Assembly (NCBI GenBank): GCA_964532215.1
Contig: CAZHHU010000001.1
Span: 10,971 to 64,820 of the forward strand
Direction: 5' to 3'
DNA from: an uncultured Geminicoccaceae bacterium
GTDB taxonomy: Bacteria; Pseudomonadota; Alphaproteobacteria; Geminicoccales; Geminicoccaceae
Length of the DNA: 53,850 nucleotides
The notes under the pieces are model-generated. The model was not told the DNA's origin, ran no database searches, and saw only the letters and a list, made by a program, of their open reading frames with translations. Both the position numbers and the translations under genes were made by a program. Positions 36,437 through 50,447 of the stretch are shown here, in pieces (position 1 is the first letter of the stretch; each line of letters starts with the position of its first letter).

Positions 36437-36465
36437 TAGATAGGCCGGACCGACCCCGGATGCAA
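36437..36465 (-). promoter_or_regulatory. candidate phaP promoter
   Basis: Minus strand: TTGCAT (36465..36460), 17-nt spacer, TATCTA (36442..36437). It is overlapped at -10/+1 by the 18-nt box TATGTTGCGCCGCAGCAA (36438..36421). Confidence 0.45.
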
Positions 36466-36490
36466 GGAAAAAATTGTGCATCGCACAAAA

Positions 36491-37096
36491 TCAGCCGGCG
36501 GGCGAGGGCCGCGTGGACCGTCGATCCGCGAACAGCGGCCCGAGGCCGGCGAGGCGGCGGAGGAGCCAGCTCCGCAGCCTTTCCGGATCCTGCCGCGAAT
36601 CCAGCGCCCAGCGCGCGAGTGCCCCGAGGAAGAGAGCGGTGACGGCGATCTCCTGGGCGCTGCGCCTGAGGCCTGTGGATTCGATGCGCGCGGCATCGAG
36701 CATCCAGTGCACGAGCCGCGAGAGATCGAAGACCATGGGCAGCCAGTGGTGGGGATGGAAGGGATAGAGCTTGTGGGCGATCATCTCCCGCGCCTGGTCG
36801 CGATGCGGCTCGACGGCCTCGAACCAGCGCAGCATGACGAGCAGCAGCCGGTCCCGCGCCGAAAGGCGGTGGAAACCCTCGGGAGGCTCGGCCACCACCG
36901 CATCGAGTGCCCGGTCGAAATAGGCGTTGGCGATCGCGTCGAGATCGCGGAAATGGGCGCGGAGCTCGGAGAGCGGCAGATCGAGGGCCTCTGCGATGTG
37001 GAACATGCGCAGATCGGCCCAGCCCCGCTCCGCGGCGAGGGCGAGCGCGGCATCGACGATGCGCCGCTCGAAGGCGCGGCGGCCGGCGTAGCTCAT
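36491..37096 (-). CDS. TetR-family transcriptional regulator (tentative)
   Basis: 201 aa. N-terminal TetR-type HTH: IVDAALALAAERGWADLRMFHIAEALDLPLSELRAHFRDLDAI. ATGA overlap with the upstream dehydrogenase gene. Confidence 0.7.
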   Translation of the reverse strand: MSYAGRRAFERRIVDAALALAAERGWADLRMFHIAEALDLPLSELRAHFRDLDAIANAYFDRALDAVVAEPPEGFHRLSARDRLLLVMLRWFEAVEPHRDQAREMIAHKLYPFHPHHWLPMVFDLSRLVHWMLDAARIESTGLRRSAQEIAVTALFLGALARWALDSRQDPERLRSWLLRRLAGLGPLFADRRSTRPSPAG

Positions 37097-38196
37097 GATC
37101 CGGCGGCGAGCCGTCCCACCCGCGCGAGCGCGCGCGGGGGCGCGATGCCGTAGCGTTCGAGGGCGGGGCGGAGGATGCGCGCGACCTCCTCCCGGCCGAG
37201 ATCATCCATGAGCGCGCAGGGCGGATTGCGGAACTTGAGCGCCTCCCGGGCGCCGAGGTCGAACACCTCGGGTTCCGCCACCTCCTCGTCCAGCGCCTCG
37301 AGCACGGGCAGGAAGCAGCCGAGCCGCAAGCGGTCCGCGATCGCCGCCCGGCGCGCGGGCGGAATCTCGCCCGGCTCGTCGATCGCGAACGGGTGGTCGG
37401 CCTCGCCGTGTTCGATCATCGCCGCCGCCGGCGCATAGAAGGGGCCGAGCGGCTCGAGGTTGCGGATGGCGTGGAGATTGATGCGGGGCTTGATGATGTT
37501 CATGACGAAGAAGGGCCCGGCGGCGGCGCCGAACACCTCGCGCGCCACGGCGTCGATCTCCCCCGTGCTGCCGAGGCCCTCGTCCAGTGCACGGGCCGCC
37601 TCGTTCGTGTAGGGGCAGAAGAAGCGGTTGATCGCGAAGCCGCGGGCGTCGCGGCAGCGCAGCGCGAGCTTGCCGGTGCGCGCGAGAAAGCCGAGCGCCC
37701 GCTCAAGCGCCCGCTCATCGGTGTGGGCGCCGGAGACGACCTCCACCACGGGATTGACCTGGGCCGGGCTGAAGTAGTGGAGACCCAGAAACCGCCCGGG
37801 GACGCGCACATGGCGCTGCAGGTCGGTGACCCGAAGACAGCTCGTGTTGGTGGCGATCAGCGTCTCCTCCCCGAGAAGCGGGGAGAGCCGCTCGAACAGT
37901 TCGGCCTTGAGCGCGAAATCCTCGAACACGGCCTCGATCACGAGATCGACCGCGGCCAGATCCTCGAGCCGCCGCACGGCCCGGAGCCGGGCCGCGGCCG
38001 CTTCCGCCTCGCCCCCGCTCATGCGGCCCTTTTCCGCCTGACGGGCGAGGAATCCCCGCACGAACCGGCCCGCGCGCTCGATCGCCGCGTCATCGATGTC
38101 GAACAGCCGCACTTCGATGCCGTGGGCGACCGCATTGGCGGCGATGCCGCTGCCCATCGTACCGGCGCCGACGATGCCGAGCCTTGCGATCTCCAT
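37093..38196 (-). CDS. 3-hydroxyacyl-CoA (3-hydroxybutyryl-CoA) dehydrogenase family protein
   Basis: ORF 37093..38334. ATG at 38196 is preceded by GGAGGAGG. Rossmann motif LGIVGAGTMGSGIAANAV. ATNTSCL, GLHYFSPAQVNPVVEVV, FAINRFFCPY. Confidence 0.85.
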   Translation of the reverse strand: MEIARLGIVGAGTMGSGIAANAVAHGIEVRLFDIDDAAIERAGRFVRGFLARQAEKGRMSGGEAEAAAARLRAVRRLEDLAAVDLVIEAVFEDFALKAELFERLSPLLGEETLIATNTSCLRVTDLQRHVRVPGRFLGLHYFSPAQVNPVVEVVSGAHTDERALERALGFLARTGKLALRCRDARGFAINRFFCPYTNEAARALDEGLGSTGEIDAVAREVFGAAAGPFFVMNIIKPRINLHAIRNLEPLGPFYAPAAAMIEHGEADHPFAIDEPGEIPPARRAAIADRLRLGCFLPVLEALDEEVAEPEVFDLGAREALKFRNPPCALMDDLGREEVARILRPALERYGIAPPRALARVGRLAAGS

Positions 38197-38348
38197 GCCC
38201 TCCTCCCGACTTCGCCGCGCTGCAACAGCGCACGAGGCGCGGCCCTTGTCAACCATCGCCCCGGGCGCGCTGCGCCCCTTCAAAAGCACAGGCCGCTGTG
38301 TTAGCAGGCGGCGTGTTCCCGGATTTCCCCGCAAACGGGAGGAAGCGG

Positions 38349-39101
38349 ATGCCGCTTGCGCGGCCGGTGGTGTTCGGCAACTGGAAGATGCACGGGCTCA
38401 GGCGGGACGCCCTCGCCCTCGCCGGCGCGCTTGCCGCCCGCGCGCCCAGGCTCTCGGCCACGCTCGGCATCTTCCCGCCGTTTACGGTGCTCACCGAGGT
38501 CGCACGCCGCATCGAGGACAGCGCGCTGCTGCTCGGCGGCCAGGACTGCCACGACAGGGCCGAGGGTCCGTATACCGGCTGCATCAGCGCCCCGATGCTC
38601 CGGGACGCCGGCTGCCGGGCGGTGATCGTCGGGCATTCCGAGCGCCGCCACGGCCTCGGCGAGAGCGACGACTTCATCTGCCGCAAGGCGCAGGCGGCGA
38701 TTCAGGCGGGGCTGCTCGTGGTCCTCTGCATCGGCGAGACCGAGGACGAATGGCTCGCCGGACGGCGGTTCGAGGTCCTCGCCCGCCAGCTCGACGGCTC
38801 CCTGCCCGAGGGAGCGAGCGCGGACAATCTCGTCCTCGCCTACGAGCCGGTGTGGGCGATCGGCACCGGCCGCACCCCCACGGCCGAGGACATCCGGACC
38901 ACGCACCGCTGGCTGCGGGCCGAGCTCGCCCGGCGCATCTCCGGCGGTGAAGCGCTCCGCATCCTCTACGGCGGCTCGGTCAAGGCCGCGAACGCGGGCG
39001 AGATCATGGCCCAGGATGACGTCGATGGCGTGCTCGTGGGTGGCGCCAGTCTGGATGCCGAGGAGTTCTGGCGTATCTACACCGCGGGCGGGGGCGCCTG
39101 A
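38349..39101 (+). CDS. tpiA: triose-phosphate isomerase
   Basis: Track ORF 38184..39101, with the ATG at 38349. VFGNWKMHG, VIVGHSERR, LAYEPVWAIGTG, ILYGGSV. Confidence 0.95.
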   Translation: MPLARPVVFGNWKMHGLRRDALALAGALAARAPRLSATLGIFPPFTVLTEVARRIEDSALLLGGQDCHDRAEGPYTGCISAPMLRDAGCRAVIVGHSERRHGLGESDDFICRKAQAAIQAGLLVVLCIGETEDEWLAGRRFEVLARQLDGSLPEGASADNLVLAYEPVWAIGTGRTPTAEDIRTTHRWLRAELARRISGGEALRILYGGSVKAANAGEIMAQDDVDGVLVGGASLDAEEFWRIYTAGGGA

Positions 39102-39136
39102 GCCCTTGGTCCCGGGAGCAAGCGCGGACGCCGGAC

Positions 39137-39472
39137 ATGGAAGCGGTCATCCTCGTCATACATCTGTTCATCGCCATCGCCCTCGTGGGCGTGATTCTCA
39201 TCCAGCGCAGCGAGGGCGGCGGTCTCGGCCTCGGCGGCGGCACCATGGGCGGCCTCATGACCGGCCGCGGCACCGCCAATCTGCTGACGCGCACCACCGC
39301 GATCCTGGCCACCGCCTTCATCGCCACGAGCCTGCTGCTCGCCATCCTCGCCGGGCGGGAGCGGACCGCCGAACGCATCCTCGAGGCGCCGGCGCCCGTG
39401 CCGGCGGCCCCTGAAGCGCAGGAGCCGCAACCCGCCAAGCCGGAGAAGCCCCTCGCCCCCGTCGCGGAGTGA
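39137..39472 (+). CDS. secG: preprotein translocase subunit SecG
   Basis: VILVIHLFIAIALVGVILIQRSEGGGLG...LTRTTAILATAFIATSLLLAIL, plus a Pro/Ala-rich C-terminal tail. Confidence 0.92.
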   Translation: MEAVILVIHLFIAIALVGVILIQRSEGGGLGLGGGTMGGLMTGRGTANLLTRTTAILATAFIATSLLLAILAGRERTAERILEAPAPVPAAPEAQEPQPAKPEKPLAPVAE

Positions 39473-39539
39473 AACGGGTCTCCCGCTGCCTGCCTTTTCC
39501 GCCTTGAAGCGGAGCGGCGTCCGTGAATATTGACGATTG

Positions 39540-43697
<4,158 letters not shown>

Positions 43698-43718
43698 GGC
43701 ATCGCATCGCCGCCATGC

Positions 43719-43748
43719 GGCCGTGAGGGTGGTCCGCCCGCGGCTTTT
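43719..43748 (+). terminator. possible intrinsic terminator after ftsB
   Basis: GGCCGTGAGGGTGGTCCGCCCGCGGC forms an imperfect stem (GCCG..GGG / CCC..CGGC) followed by TTTT (43745..43748). Confidence 0.4.
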
Positions 43749-43823
43749 GGTCTAGCAAACCGGAGCGAGCGTACCACTATCGGTCGCGCAGGCGCAGAGG
43801 GGCACCCATCGAGGAGAGCCGTC

Positions 43824-44858
43824 ATGTGTGCCGTAGCCCGCAAGCGGTCGCGTGCAAAGGCCCGCACCGTCGAAGCCCCTGCTGCAGCGGAACCGCTGCC
43901 GCCGGCCGAGAAGCTGTTCGCCTTCTACCGGGACATGCTGCTGATCCGCCGTTTCGAAGAGAAGGCGGGGCAGCTCTACGGCATGGGCGTGATCGGCGGC
44001 TTCTGCCACCTCTATATCGGCCAGGAAGCCGTCTGCACCGGCATCCAGCACGCCCTCGACCATCGCGATTCGGTGATCACGAGCTACCGCGATCACGGCC
44101 ACATGCTCGTATGCGGCATGGATCCGAAGCGGGTCATGGCCGAGCTCGCCGGACGGGTGACGGGATATTCCAAGGGCAAGGGCGGCTCGATGCACATGTT
44201 CGCGGTGGAGAAGAGGTTCTACGGCGGTCACGGCATCGTCGGCGCCCAGGTGCCGCTCGGCACCGGCATCGCCTTCGCCCACAAGTACCGCGGCGACGGC
44301 GGCATCTGCGCGACATACTTCGGTGAAGGTGCCGCCAACCAGGGCCAGGTCTACGAGGCCTTCAACATGGCGGCGCTGTGGAAGCTTCCCGTCCTCTACG
44401 TGATCGAGAACAACAAATACGCGATGGGCACGCCGCTCACCCGTGCCACCGCTCAGCCCGAGCTCTACCAGCGGGGCCACGCCTTCGCGATCCCCGGCGA
44501 GCCCGTCGACGGCATGAACGTCATTGCCGTCTACAACAAGGCGCGCGAGGTCGTGCCGAGGGTGCGCGAGCAGGGGCCGTACATCCTCGAGGCCCGCACC
44601 TACCGCTACCGCGGTCACTCGATGTCCGACCCGGCCAAGTACCGCACCAAGGAGGAGGTCGAGGAGGTGCGCAAGCATCACGATCCCATCGACCAGCTCC
44701 GCAAGGTCATGCTCGAGGCCGGCATCGCCGACGAGGCGCGGCTCAAGGAGATCGATCGCGAGATCCGGGCGGTCGTCAACGAGGCCGCGCGCTTTGCTCA
44801 GGAAAGTCCCGAGCCCGATCCCGAGGAGCTCTGGACCGACGTGCTCGTCGAGGACTGA
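43824..44858 (+). CDS. pdhA: pyruvate dehydrogenase E1 component subunit alpha
   Basis: YRDMLLIRRFEEKAGQLYGMGVIGGFCHLYIGQEAV, GKGGSMH, TPP motif GEGAANQGQVYEAFNMAALWKLPVLYVIENNKYAMGT, YRYRGHSMSDP. Confidence 0.95.
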   Translation: MCAVARKRSRAKARTVEAPAAAEPLPPAEKLFAFYRDMLLIRRFEEKAGQLYGMGVIGGFCHLYIGQEAVCTGIQHALDHRDSVITSYRDHGHMLVCGMDPKRVMAELAGRVTGYSKGKGGSMHMFAVEKRFYGGHGIVGAQVPLGTGIAFAHKYRGDGGICATYFGEGAANQGQVYEAFNMAALWKLPVLYVIENNKYAMGTPLTRATAQPELYQRGHAFAIPGEPVDGMNVIAVYNKAREVVPRVREQGPYILEARTYRYRGHSMSDPAKYRTKEEVEEVRKHHDPIDQLRKVMLEAGIADEARLKEIDREIRAVVNEAARFAQESPEPDPEELWTDVLVED

Positions 44859-44894
44859 ACGCCCGCCGCGGGACCGCTTCGAGGGGAACTGCCG

Positions 44895-46259
44895 ATGGCG
44901 ACCGAGATCCTCATGCCGGCGCTCTCGCCCACCATGAGGGAGGGCACGATCGTGCGCTGGCTCAAGAAGGAGGGCGACAAGGTCGAGCCCGGAGACGTGC
45001 TCGCCGAGATCGAGACCGACAAGGCGACGATGGAGATGGAAGCGGTCGATGAGGGGGTGCTTGCGAAGATTCTCGTCCCCGAGGGCCGCGAGGCCGTGAA
45101 GGTGGGCACGCCGATCGCCATCCTGGCCGAGGAGGGCGAGGAGGTGACGGCAGCAGCCGGCCCGGCCAGGGCGGCGGTGGCCGTCGCCGAGCCGCCGAAG
45201 GCTGCGGCGGTGGCGCCGCAGCTCGCCCGCCGCCGCGCGATCCTGCGCGAGCCCGAGATCCCGGCGGGGACGCCCATGGTCCGGCTCACGGTGCGGGAGG
45301 CGCTGCGGGATGCGATGGCGGAAGAGATGCGCCGCGATCCCGACGTCTTTCTCATGGGCGAGGAGGTCGGCTACTACCAGGGTGCCTACAAGGTCAGTCA
45401 GGGCCTGCTCGAGGAGTTCGGCGAAAGGCGGGTCATCGACACGCCGATCACGGAATACGGCTTCACGGGGCTTGGCGTCGGGGCGGCGTTCGCGGGTCTC
45501 CGGCCGATCGTCGAGTTCATGACCTGGAATTTCGCCATGCAGGCGATCGACCACATCATCAATTCGGCCGCCAAGACCCTCTACATGTCCGGAGGCCAGC
45601 TCCACTGTCCGATCACCTTCCGCGGCCCCAACGGCGCAGCAGCCCGGGTCGCGGCGCAGCACAGCCAGGAATACAGCTCCTGGTATGCCCACTGTCCCGG
45701 GCTCAAGGTCGTAGCCCCCTGGAGCGCGGCGGACGCCAAGGGACTGCTCAAGTCGGCGATCCGCGATCCCAACCCGGTGATCGTGCTCGAGAACGAGATC
45801 CTCTACGGCGAGAGCTTCGAGGTTCCGCAGATCGAGGACTGGCTCGTGCCCATCGGCCGCGCCAAGCTGCTCCGGGAAGGAAAGGATGTCACGATCACCG
45901 CCTTCTCCCGCTGGGTCTCGCTGGCGCTCGATGCGGCAGAGGTGCTCGCGCGGGAAGGTATCGAGGCCGAGATCATAGACCTGCGTACCCTCAGGCCGCT
46001 GGATCGCGAGACCATCGTCGCCTCGCTCAGGAAGACGAACCGCCTCGTCTCGATCGAGGAGGGATGGCCGGTCTGCGGCATCGGCGCCGAGATCGCGGCG
46101 ATCGCCATGGAGGAGGCCTTCGACTGGCTCGATGCGCCGGTGGTGCGCGTCAGCGGTGCCGATGTGCCGATGCCCTATGCGGCGAACCTCGAAGCGCTCG
46201 CGCTGCCGCGGCTGGAGCAGGTCGTGCAGGCGGCGAAGGATGTCTGTTACCGCAGCTGA
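44895..46259 (+). CDS. pdhB: pyruvate dehydrogenase E1 component subunit beta with N-terminal lipoyl domain
   Basis: N-terminal lipoyl domain ([13 protein letters not shown]), Ala/Pro linker, then E1beta ([46 protein letters not shown]). Confidence 0.95.
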   Translation: MATEILMPALSPTMREGTIVRWLKKEGDKVEPGDVLAEIETDKATMEMEAVDEGVLAKILVPEGREAVKVGTPIAILAEEGEEVTAAAGPARAAVAVAEPPKAAAVAPQLARRRAILREPEIPAGTPMVRLTVREALRDAMAEEMRRDPDVFLMGEEVGYYQGAYKVSQGLLEEFGERRVIDTPITEYGFTGLGVGAAFAGLRPIVEFMTWNFAMQAIDHIINSAAKTLYMSGGQLHCPITFRGPNGAAARVAAQHSQEYSSWYAHCPGLKVVAPWSAADAKGLLKSAIRDPNPVIVLENEILYGESFEVPQIEDWLVPIGRAKLLREGKDVTITAFSRWVSLALDAAEVLAREGIEAEIIDLRTLRPLDRETIVASLRKTNRLVSIEEGWPVCGIGAEIAAIAMEEAFDWLDAPVVRVSGADVPMPYAANLEALALPRLEQVVQAAKDVCYRS

Positions 46260-46277
46260 GGGACGGGAAAGCCGCAG

Positions 46278-47555
46278 ATGCCGATCACCCTCACCATGCC
46301 GGCGCTCTCGCCCACGATGAGCGAAGGAAAGATCGCCCGCTGGCTCAAGAAGGAGGGCGAGAAGGTCGAACCGGGCGACGTCCTCGCCGAGATCGAGACC
46401 GACAAGGCGACGATGGAATTCGAGGCCGTGGACGAGGGCACCCTGGGCAGGATCCTGGTTCCGGAGGGAACCGAAGGAGTGAAGGTGGGCACGCCGATCG
46501 CCGTGCTCCTCGAGGAGGGCGAGGATCGCTCGGCGCTTGAGGGGTTCGAGCCCCGGGCCGAGGCGGCAGCCGCGGCCGTGGCCGAGGAGGCCGGCGCGCC
46601 GCCGCGGCTCGAGCCCGAGGTGACGGCAGCGGTGGCGGAAAAGCCGCCCGCCGCAGGCCGCCGCATCTTCGCAACCCCCCTCGCCCGCCGCATCGCCCGC
46701 GAGGCCGGCGTGGATCTCGCGGCGCTCCGGGGATCGGGGCCGCACGGCCGGATCGTCAAGGCGGACGTCGAACGGGCGATCGAGGAGCTGCGCAGGGCGG
46801 CGGCGCGTGCGCCCGCGGCCGCACCCGGGATCACGCCGCCACCGGCCGCCTTCGCCCCCTCGCCGGGCATGCGCTACGTCGAGATCCCCCTCTCCAACAT
46901 GCGCAAGGTCATCGCCCGGCGGCTCACCGAGGCGAAGCAGCAGATCCCGCATTTCTACCTCACCGTGGACTGCCGCCTCGACCGGCTGCTCGAGGTGCGG
47001 CGCGAGCTCAATGCGCGCCTCGGTGAAGGTCTCCGGATCTCGGTCAACGATTTCCTCATCAAGGCGGTGGCGCTCGCGATCCGCGACGTGCCCGATGTCA
47101 ACGTGAGCTTCGGCGGCGACCGCCTGTACCGTTACGAGGACATCGACATCGCGGTCGCGGTCGCGACCCCGGGCGGTCTCATCACCCCGATCCTGCGCAG
47201 GGCGGATGAAAAGGGTCTCGCCACCATCGCCAGGGAGATGAAGGATCTCGCCGCGCGGGCCCGCGAGGGCAAGCTCAGGCCGGAGGAATACCAGGGCGGC
47301 GGGTTCACGATCTCCAATCTCGGCATGTACGGCATCCGGCAGTTCGAGGCCGTCATCAACCCGCCGCAGGCCTGCATTCTCGCCGTCGGCATGGGCGAGA
47401 AGCGGCCCGTGGTGGTGGAGGATCGGGTCGAGATCGCGACCATGATGACCGTGACCCTGTCCGTCGACCACCGGGCGGTGGACGGCGCGCTGGGTGCGGA
47501 GTTCCTGAAGGCCTTCAGAGGCTACGTCGAACAGCCGCTCACGCTGCTGCTCTGA
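46278..47555 (+). CDS. pdhC: pyruvate dehydrogenase E2 (dihydrolipoyllysine-residue acetyltransferase)
   Basis: Lipoyl domain [13 protein letters not shown], subunit-binding domain [34 protein letters not shown], catalytic [17 protein letters not shown]. Confidence 0.95.
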   Translation: MPITLTMPALSPTMSEGKIARWLKKEGEKVEPGDVLAEIETDKATMEFEAVDEGTLGRILVPEGTEGVKVGTPIAVLLEEGEDRSALEGFEPRAEAAAAAVAEEAGAPPRLEPEVTAAVAEKPPAAGRRIFATPLARRIAREAGVDLAALRGSGPHGRIVKADVERAIEELRRAAARAPAAAPGITPPPAAFAPSPGMRYVEIPLSNMRKVIARRLTEAKQQIPHFYLTVDCRLDRLLEVRRELNARLGEGLRISVNDFLIKAVALAIRDVPDVNVSFGGDRLYRYEDIDIAVAVATPGGLITPILRRADEKGLATIAREMKDLAARAREGKLRPEEYQGGGFTISNLGMYGIRQFEAVINPPQACILAVGMGEKRPVVVEDRVEIATMMTVTLSVDHRAVDGALGAEFLKAFRGYVEQPLTLLL

Positions 47556-47584
47556 ACGTTCGATCTTCCCTCGAGGAGCGGATC

Positions 47585-48982
47585 ATGGCTTCGCATCGCT
47601 TCGATCTGGTCGTCCTCGGCGGCGGCCCGGGTGGATATGTGGCCGCCATCCGCGCGGCCCAGCTCGGCATGAACACGGCGCTCGTAGAGCGCGAGCATCT
47701 GGGCGGCATCTGCCTCAACTGGGGCTGCATCCCCACCAAGGCCCTGCTGCGCTCGGCGGAAGTCCTCGAGCTCATGAGACGGGCGGAGGACTTCGGACTG
47801 CGCGTGGAAAACGCCGGCTTCGACCTCGCCCGCATCGTGCAGCGCTCGCGGCGCGTGGCGCAGCGCCTCAACCGCGGCGTCGCCCACCTGCTGAAGAAGA
47901 ACAGGGTCACCCTGTTCGAGGGAGAAGGGCGGCTCGCCGGCCGCGGCCGTCTCGCGGTGCGCAGCGCAAGCGGCGAGGAGACCCTCGAGGCGCCGCACAT
48001 CATCCTCGCCACCGGCGCTCGCCCGCGCATGCTGCCCGGTCTCGAGGCCGACGGCAGGCTCGTGTGGAGCTACCGCGAGGCCATGATCCCGAAGGAGCTG
48101 CCGCAGCGGCTGCTCGTCGTCGGCAGCGGCGCCATCGGCATGGAGTTCGCGAGCTTCTACCGCGCCCTCGGCAGCGAGGTGACGATCGTCGAGATCCTGC
48201 CCCGGGTGCTGCCGGTGGAAGATGAGGAAATCTCGGCCTTCGTCCGCAGGAGCTTCGAAAAGCGGGGTATTCGCATCCTCACCGAAACCACGGTGGCGGC
48301 GCTCGCGCCAGAGGGCGGTGCGGTGCGGGCCCGGCTCGAGGCCGGCGGCGCCGCGGTCGAGGAGACCTTCGATCGCGTCATCCTCGCGGTGGGCATCCAG
48401 GGCAATGTCGAGAACATCGGTCTCGAGGATACCGCGGTGGTGGTCGAGAAGGGGCACATCGTGACGGACGGCTTCGGGCGCACCGCGGAGCCCGGCATCT
48501 ACGCCATCGGCGATGTCGCCGGACCCCCCTGGCTCGCCCACAAGGCGAGCCACGAGGGAATCGTCTGCGTCGAGGCGATCGCCGGCATCGAGGGGGTGCA
48601 TCCCCTGGATGTCACCAGGATCCCGGCCTGCACCTACTGTCACCCCCAGGTGGCGAGCGTCGGCCTGAGCGAAGCGCAGGCGCGCGCGGAGGGTCGGGAG
48701 ATCCGGGTGGGACGCTTTCCCCTGATCGCGAACGGCAAGGCGCTCGCCTCCGGCGATACGGAGGGCTTCGTCAAGACGGTGTTCGACGCGGACAGCGGCG
48801 AGCTGCTGGGAGCGCATATGGTGGGGCCCGAGGTGACGGAGATGATCCAGGGCTTCGCTGCGGCACGTACGCTCGAAGCCACCGAGCTCGAGCTCATGCA
48901 TACCATCTTCCCCCACCCCACCGTTTCCGAGGCGATGCACGAAGCCGTGCTTGACGCCTATTCGCGCGCCATCCACATCTGA
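47585..48982 (+). CDS. lpdA: dihydrolipoyl dehydrogenase (E3)
   Basis: [23 protein letters not shown], redox-active [26 protein letters not shown]-terminal HPTVSEA. Confidence 0.95.
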   Translation: MASHRFDLVVLGGGPGGYVAAIRAAQLGMNTALVEREHLGGICLNWGCIPTKALLRSAEVLELMRRAEDFGLRVENAGFDLARIVQRSRRVAQRLNRGVAHLLKKNRVTLFEGEGRLAGRGRLAVRSASGEETLEAPHIILATGARPRMLPGLEADGRLVWSYREAMIPKELPQRLLVVGSGAIGMEFASFYRALGSEVTIVEILPRVLPVEDEEISAFVRRSFEKRGIRILTETTVAALAPEGGAVRARLEAGGAAVEETFDRVILAVGIQGNVENIGLEDTAVVVEKGHIVTDGFGRTAEPGIYAIGDVAGPPWLAHKASHEGIVCVEAIAGIEGVHPLDVTRIPACTYCHPQVASVGLSEAQARAEGREIRVGRFPLIANGKALASGDTEGFVKTVFDADSGELLGAHMVGPEVTEMIQGFAAARTLEATELELMHTIFPHPTVSEAMHEAVLDAYSRAIHI

Positions 48983-49002
48983 GCCCGGAGACCGCGCGTA
49001 CC

Positions 49003-49929
49003 ATGGCCAGCGTCACCGTCCTCGACCGCCGGAGCCTTCCCCGCAAGCCGCCCTGGATACGGGTCAAGGCGCCCACTTCCCGGACCTTCGGCGAGGTCCG
49101 CCGGCTGATGCGGGCGAAGAGCCTGCACACGGTCTGCGAGGAGGCCGCCTGCCCGAACATCGGCGAGTGCTGGCAGCAGAAGCACGCCACCTTCATGATC
49201 CTGGGCGACGTCTGCACCCGGGCCTGCGCCTTCTGCAACGTGCGCACGGGACGGCCGCGCGCCGTCGATCCCCTGGAGCCCCGGCACCTCGCCGAAGCCG
49301 TGCTGGCCATGGGGCTCGAGCATGTCGTCATCACTTCGGTGGACCGGGACGATCTCGAGGACGGCGGCGCGCAGCAGTTCGTGCGTTGCATCGAGGAGAT
49401 CCGCAGGCGCGCCCCCGGGGTCACGGTCGAGGTGCTCACGCCCGACTTCCTGCGCAAGCCGGGCGCCGTGGAGCGGATCGTGGACGCGCGCCCGGATGTC
49501 TACAACCACAATCTGGAGACCGTTCCCCGGCTGTACCGCACGGTCCGCCCCGGCGCGCGCTACTTCCACTCGCTGCGCCTGCTGCAGCTCGTCAAGGAGC
49601 GCGATCCCTCGATCTTCACCAAGTCGGGGATCATGGTCGGCCTGGGTGAGGAGAAGCGCGAGATCTACCAGGTCATGGACGATCTCCGCACGGCGGAGGT
49701 CGATTTTCTCACCATCGGGCAGTATCTGCAGCCGACGCCGCGGCACCATCCGGTGATGCGCTACGTGCCGCCGGAGGAGTTCGATTCCTATGCCCGCATG
49801 GCCCGGGCCAAGGGGTTTCTGATGGTCTCGGCCTCCCCCCTCACGCGCTCCTCCTATCATGCCGGGGAGGATTTCCGCCGGCTCCGCGCAGCGCGGCAGG
49901 CGCAGCTGCGGGCATCCGGGCGGGCGTAA
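49003..49929 (+). CDS. lipA: lipoyl synthase
   Basis: [23 protein letters not shown], radical-SAM [27 protein letters not shown]. Confidence 0.97.
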   Translation: MASVTVLDRRSLPRKPPWIRVKAPTSRTFGEVRRLMRAKSLHTVCEEAACPNIGECWQQKHATFMILGDVCTRACAFCNVRTGRPRAVDPLEPRHLAEAVLAMGLEHVVITSVDRDDLEDGGAQQFVRCIEEIRRRAPGVTVEVLTPDFLRKPGAVERIVDARPDVYNHNLETVPRLYRTVRPGARYFHSLRLLQLVKERDPSIFTKSGIMVGLGEEKREIYQVMDDLRTAEVDFLTIGQYLQPTPRHHPVMRYVPPEEFDSYARMARAKGFLMVSASPLTRSSYHAGEDFRRLRAARQAQLRASGRA

Positions 49930-49935
49930 GCGGCG

Positions 49936-50445
49936 ATGCCGACCCACGCCGAGAAGCGTTACGTCCCCTACCGACCCGATCAGATGTTCGACCTCGTCGC
50001 AGCGGTCGACAAATATCCGGAATTCCTGCCCTGGTGCAAGGCGGCCCGGATCACGAGACGCGAAGGCAACGTCTTCTATGCGGATCTCGTGGTCGCCTTC
50101 AAGATGTTCCGGGAGCGCTTCCGCTCGAAGGTCAAGCTGCTGCCCAAATACGGCATCGACGTGGAATACATCGACGGACCGTTCAAGTACCTCAACAACC
50201 ACTGGCGCTTCGAAGAGGGGCCGGACGGTGGCTGCATCATCGATTTCTATGTCGATTTCGAATTCCGCTCCAGATTCCTCCAGACCCTCATGGAGATGCT
50301 GTTCAACGAGGCCGTGCAGCGCATGGTGCGCGCCTTCGAGGCCCGCGCCCGCGAGCTCTACGGCGGGGGTGTGAAGGAGGGGACGGCGCAGACCGCGGCG
50401 GAAGACGACGGCAAGGCCGAGCCTGCACCCGCAAGCAGCGGCTGA
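49936..50445 (+). CDS. SRPBCC-fold protein (RatA / COQ10-type ubiquinone-binding family)
   Basis: RYVPYRPDQMFDLVAAVDKYPEFLPWC...FKYLNNHWRFEE... Position directly after lipA is typical of alphaproteobacteria. Confidence 0.85.
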   Translation: MPTHAEKRYVPYRPDQMFDLVAAVDKYPEFLPWCKAARITRREGNVFYADLVVAFKMFRERFRSKVKLLPKYGIDVEYIDGPFKYLNNHWRFEEGPDGGCIIDFYVDFEFRSRFLQTLMEMLFNEAVQRMVRAFEARARELYGGGVKEGTAQTAAEDDGKAEPAPASSG

Positions 50446-50447
50446 GC

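Noticed and set aside
43752-47471. A 1239-aa minus-strand ORF spanning the whole of pdhA, pdhB and most of pdhC.
   Set aside because: It is exactly antisense to three strongly recognisable genes. Its translation is low-complexity Arg/Asp/Gly/His/Leu-rich with no recognisable motifs. Stop-free antisense frames are expected when the sense strand has G/C at nearly every third position. I see no SD or promoter.
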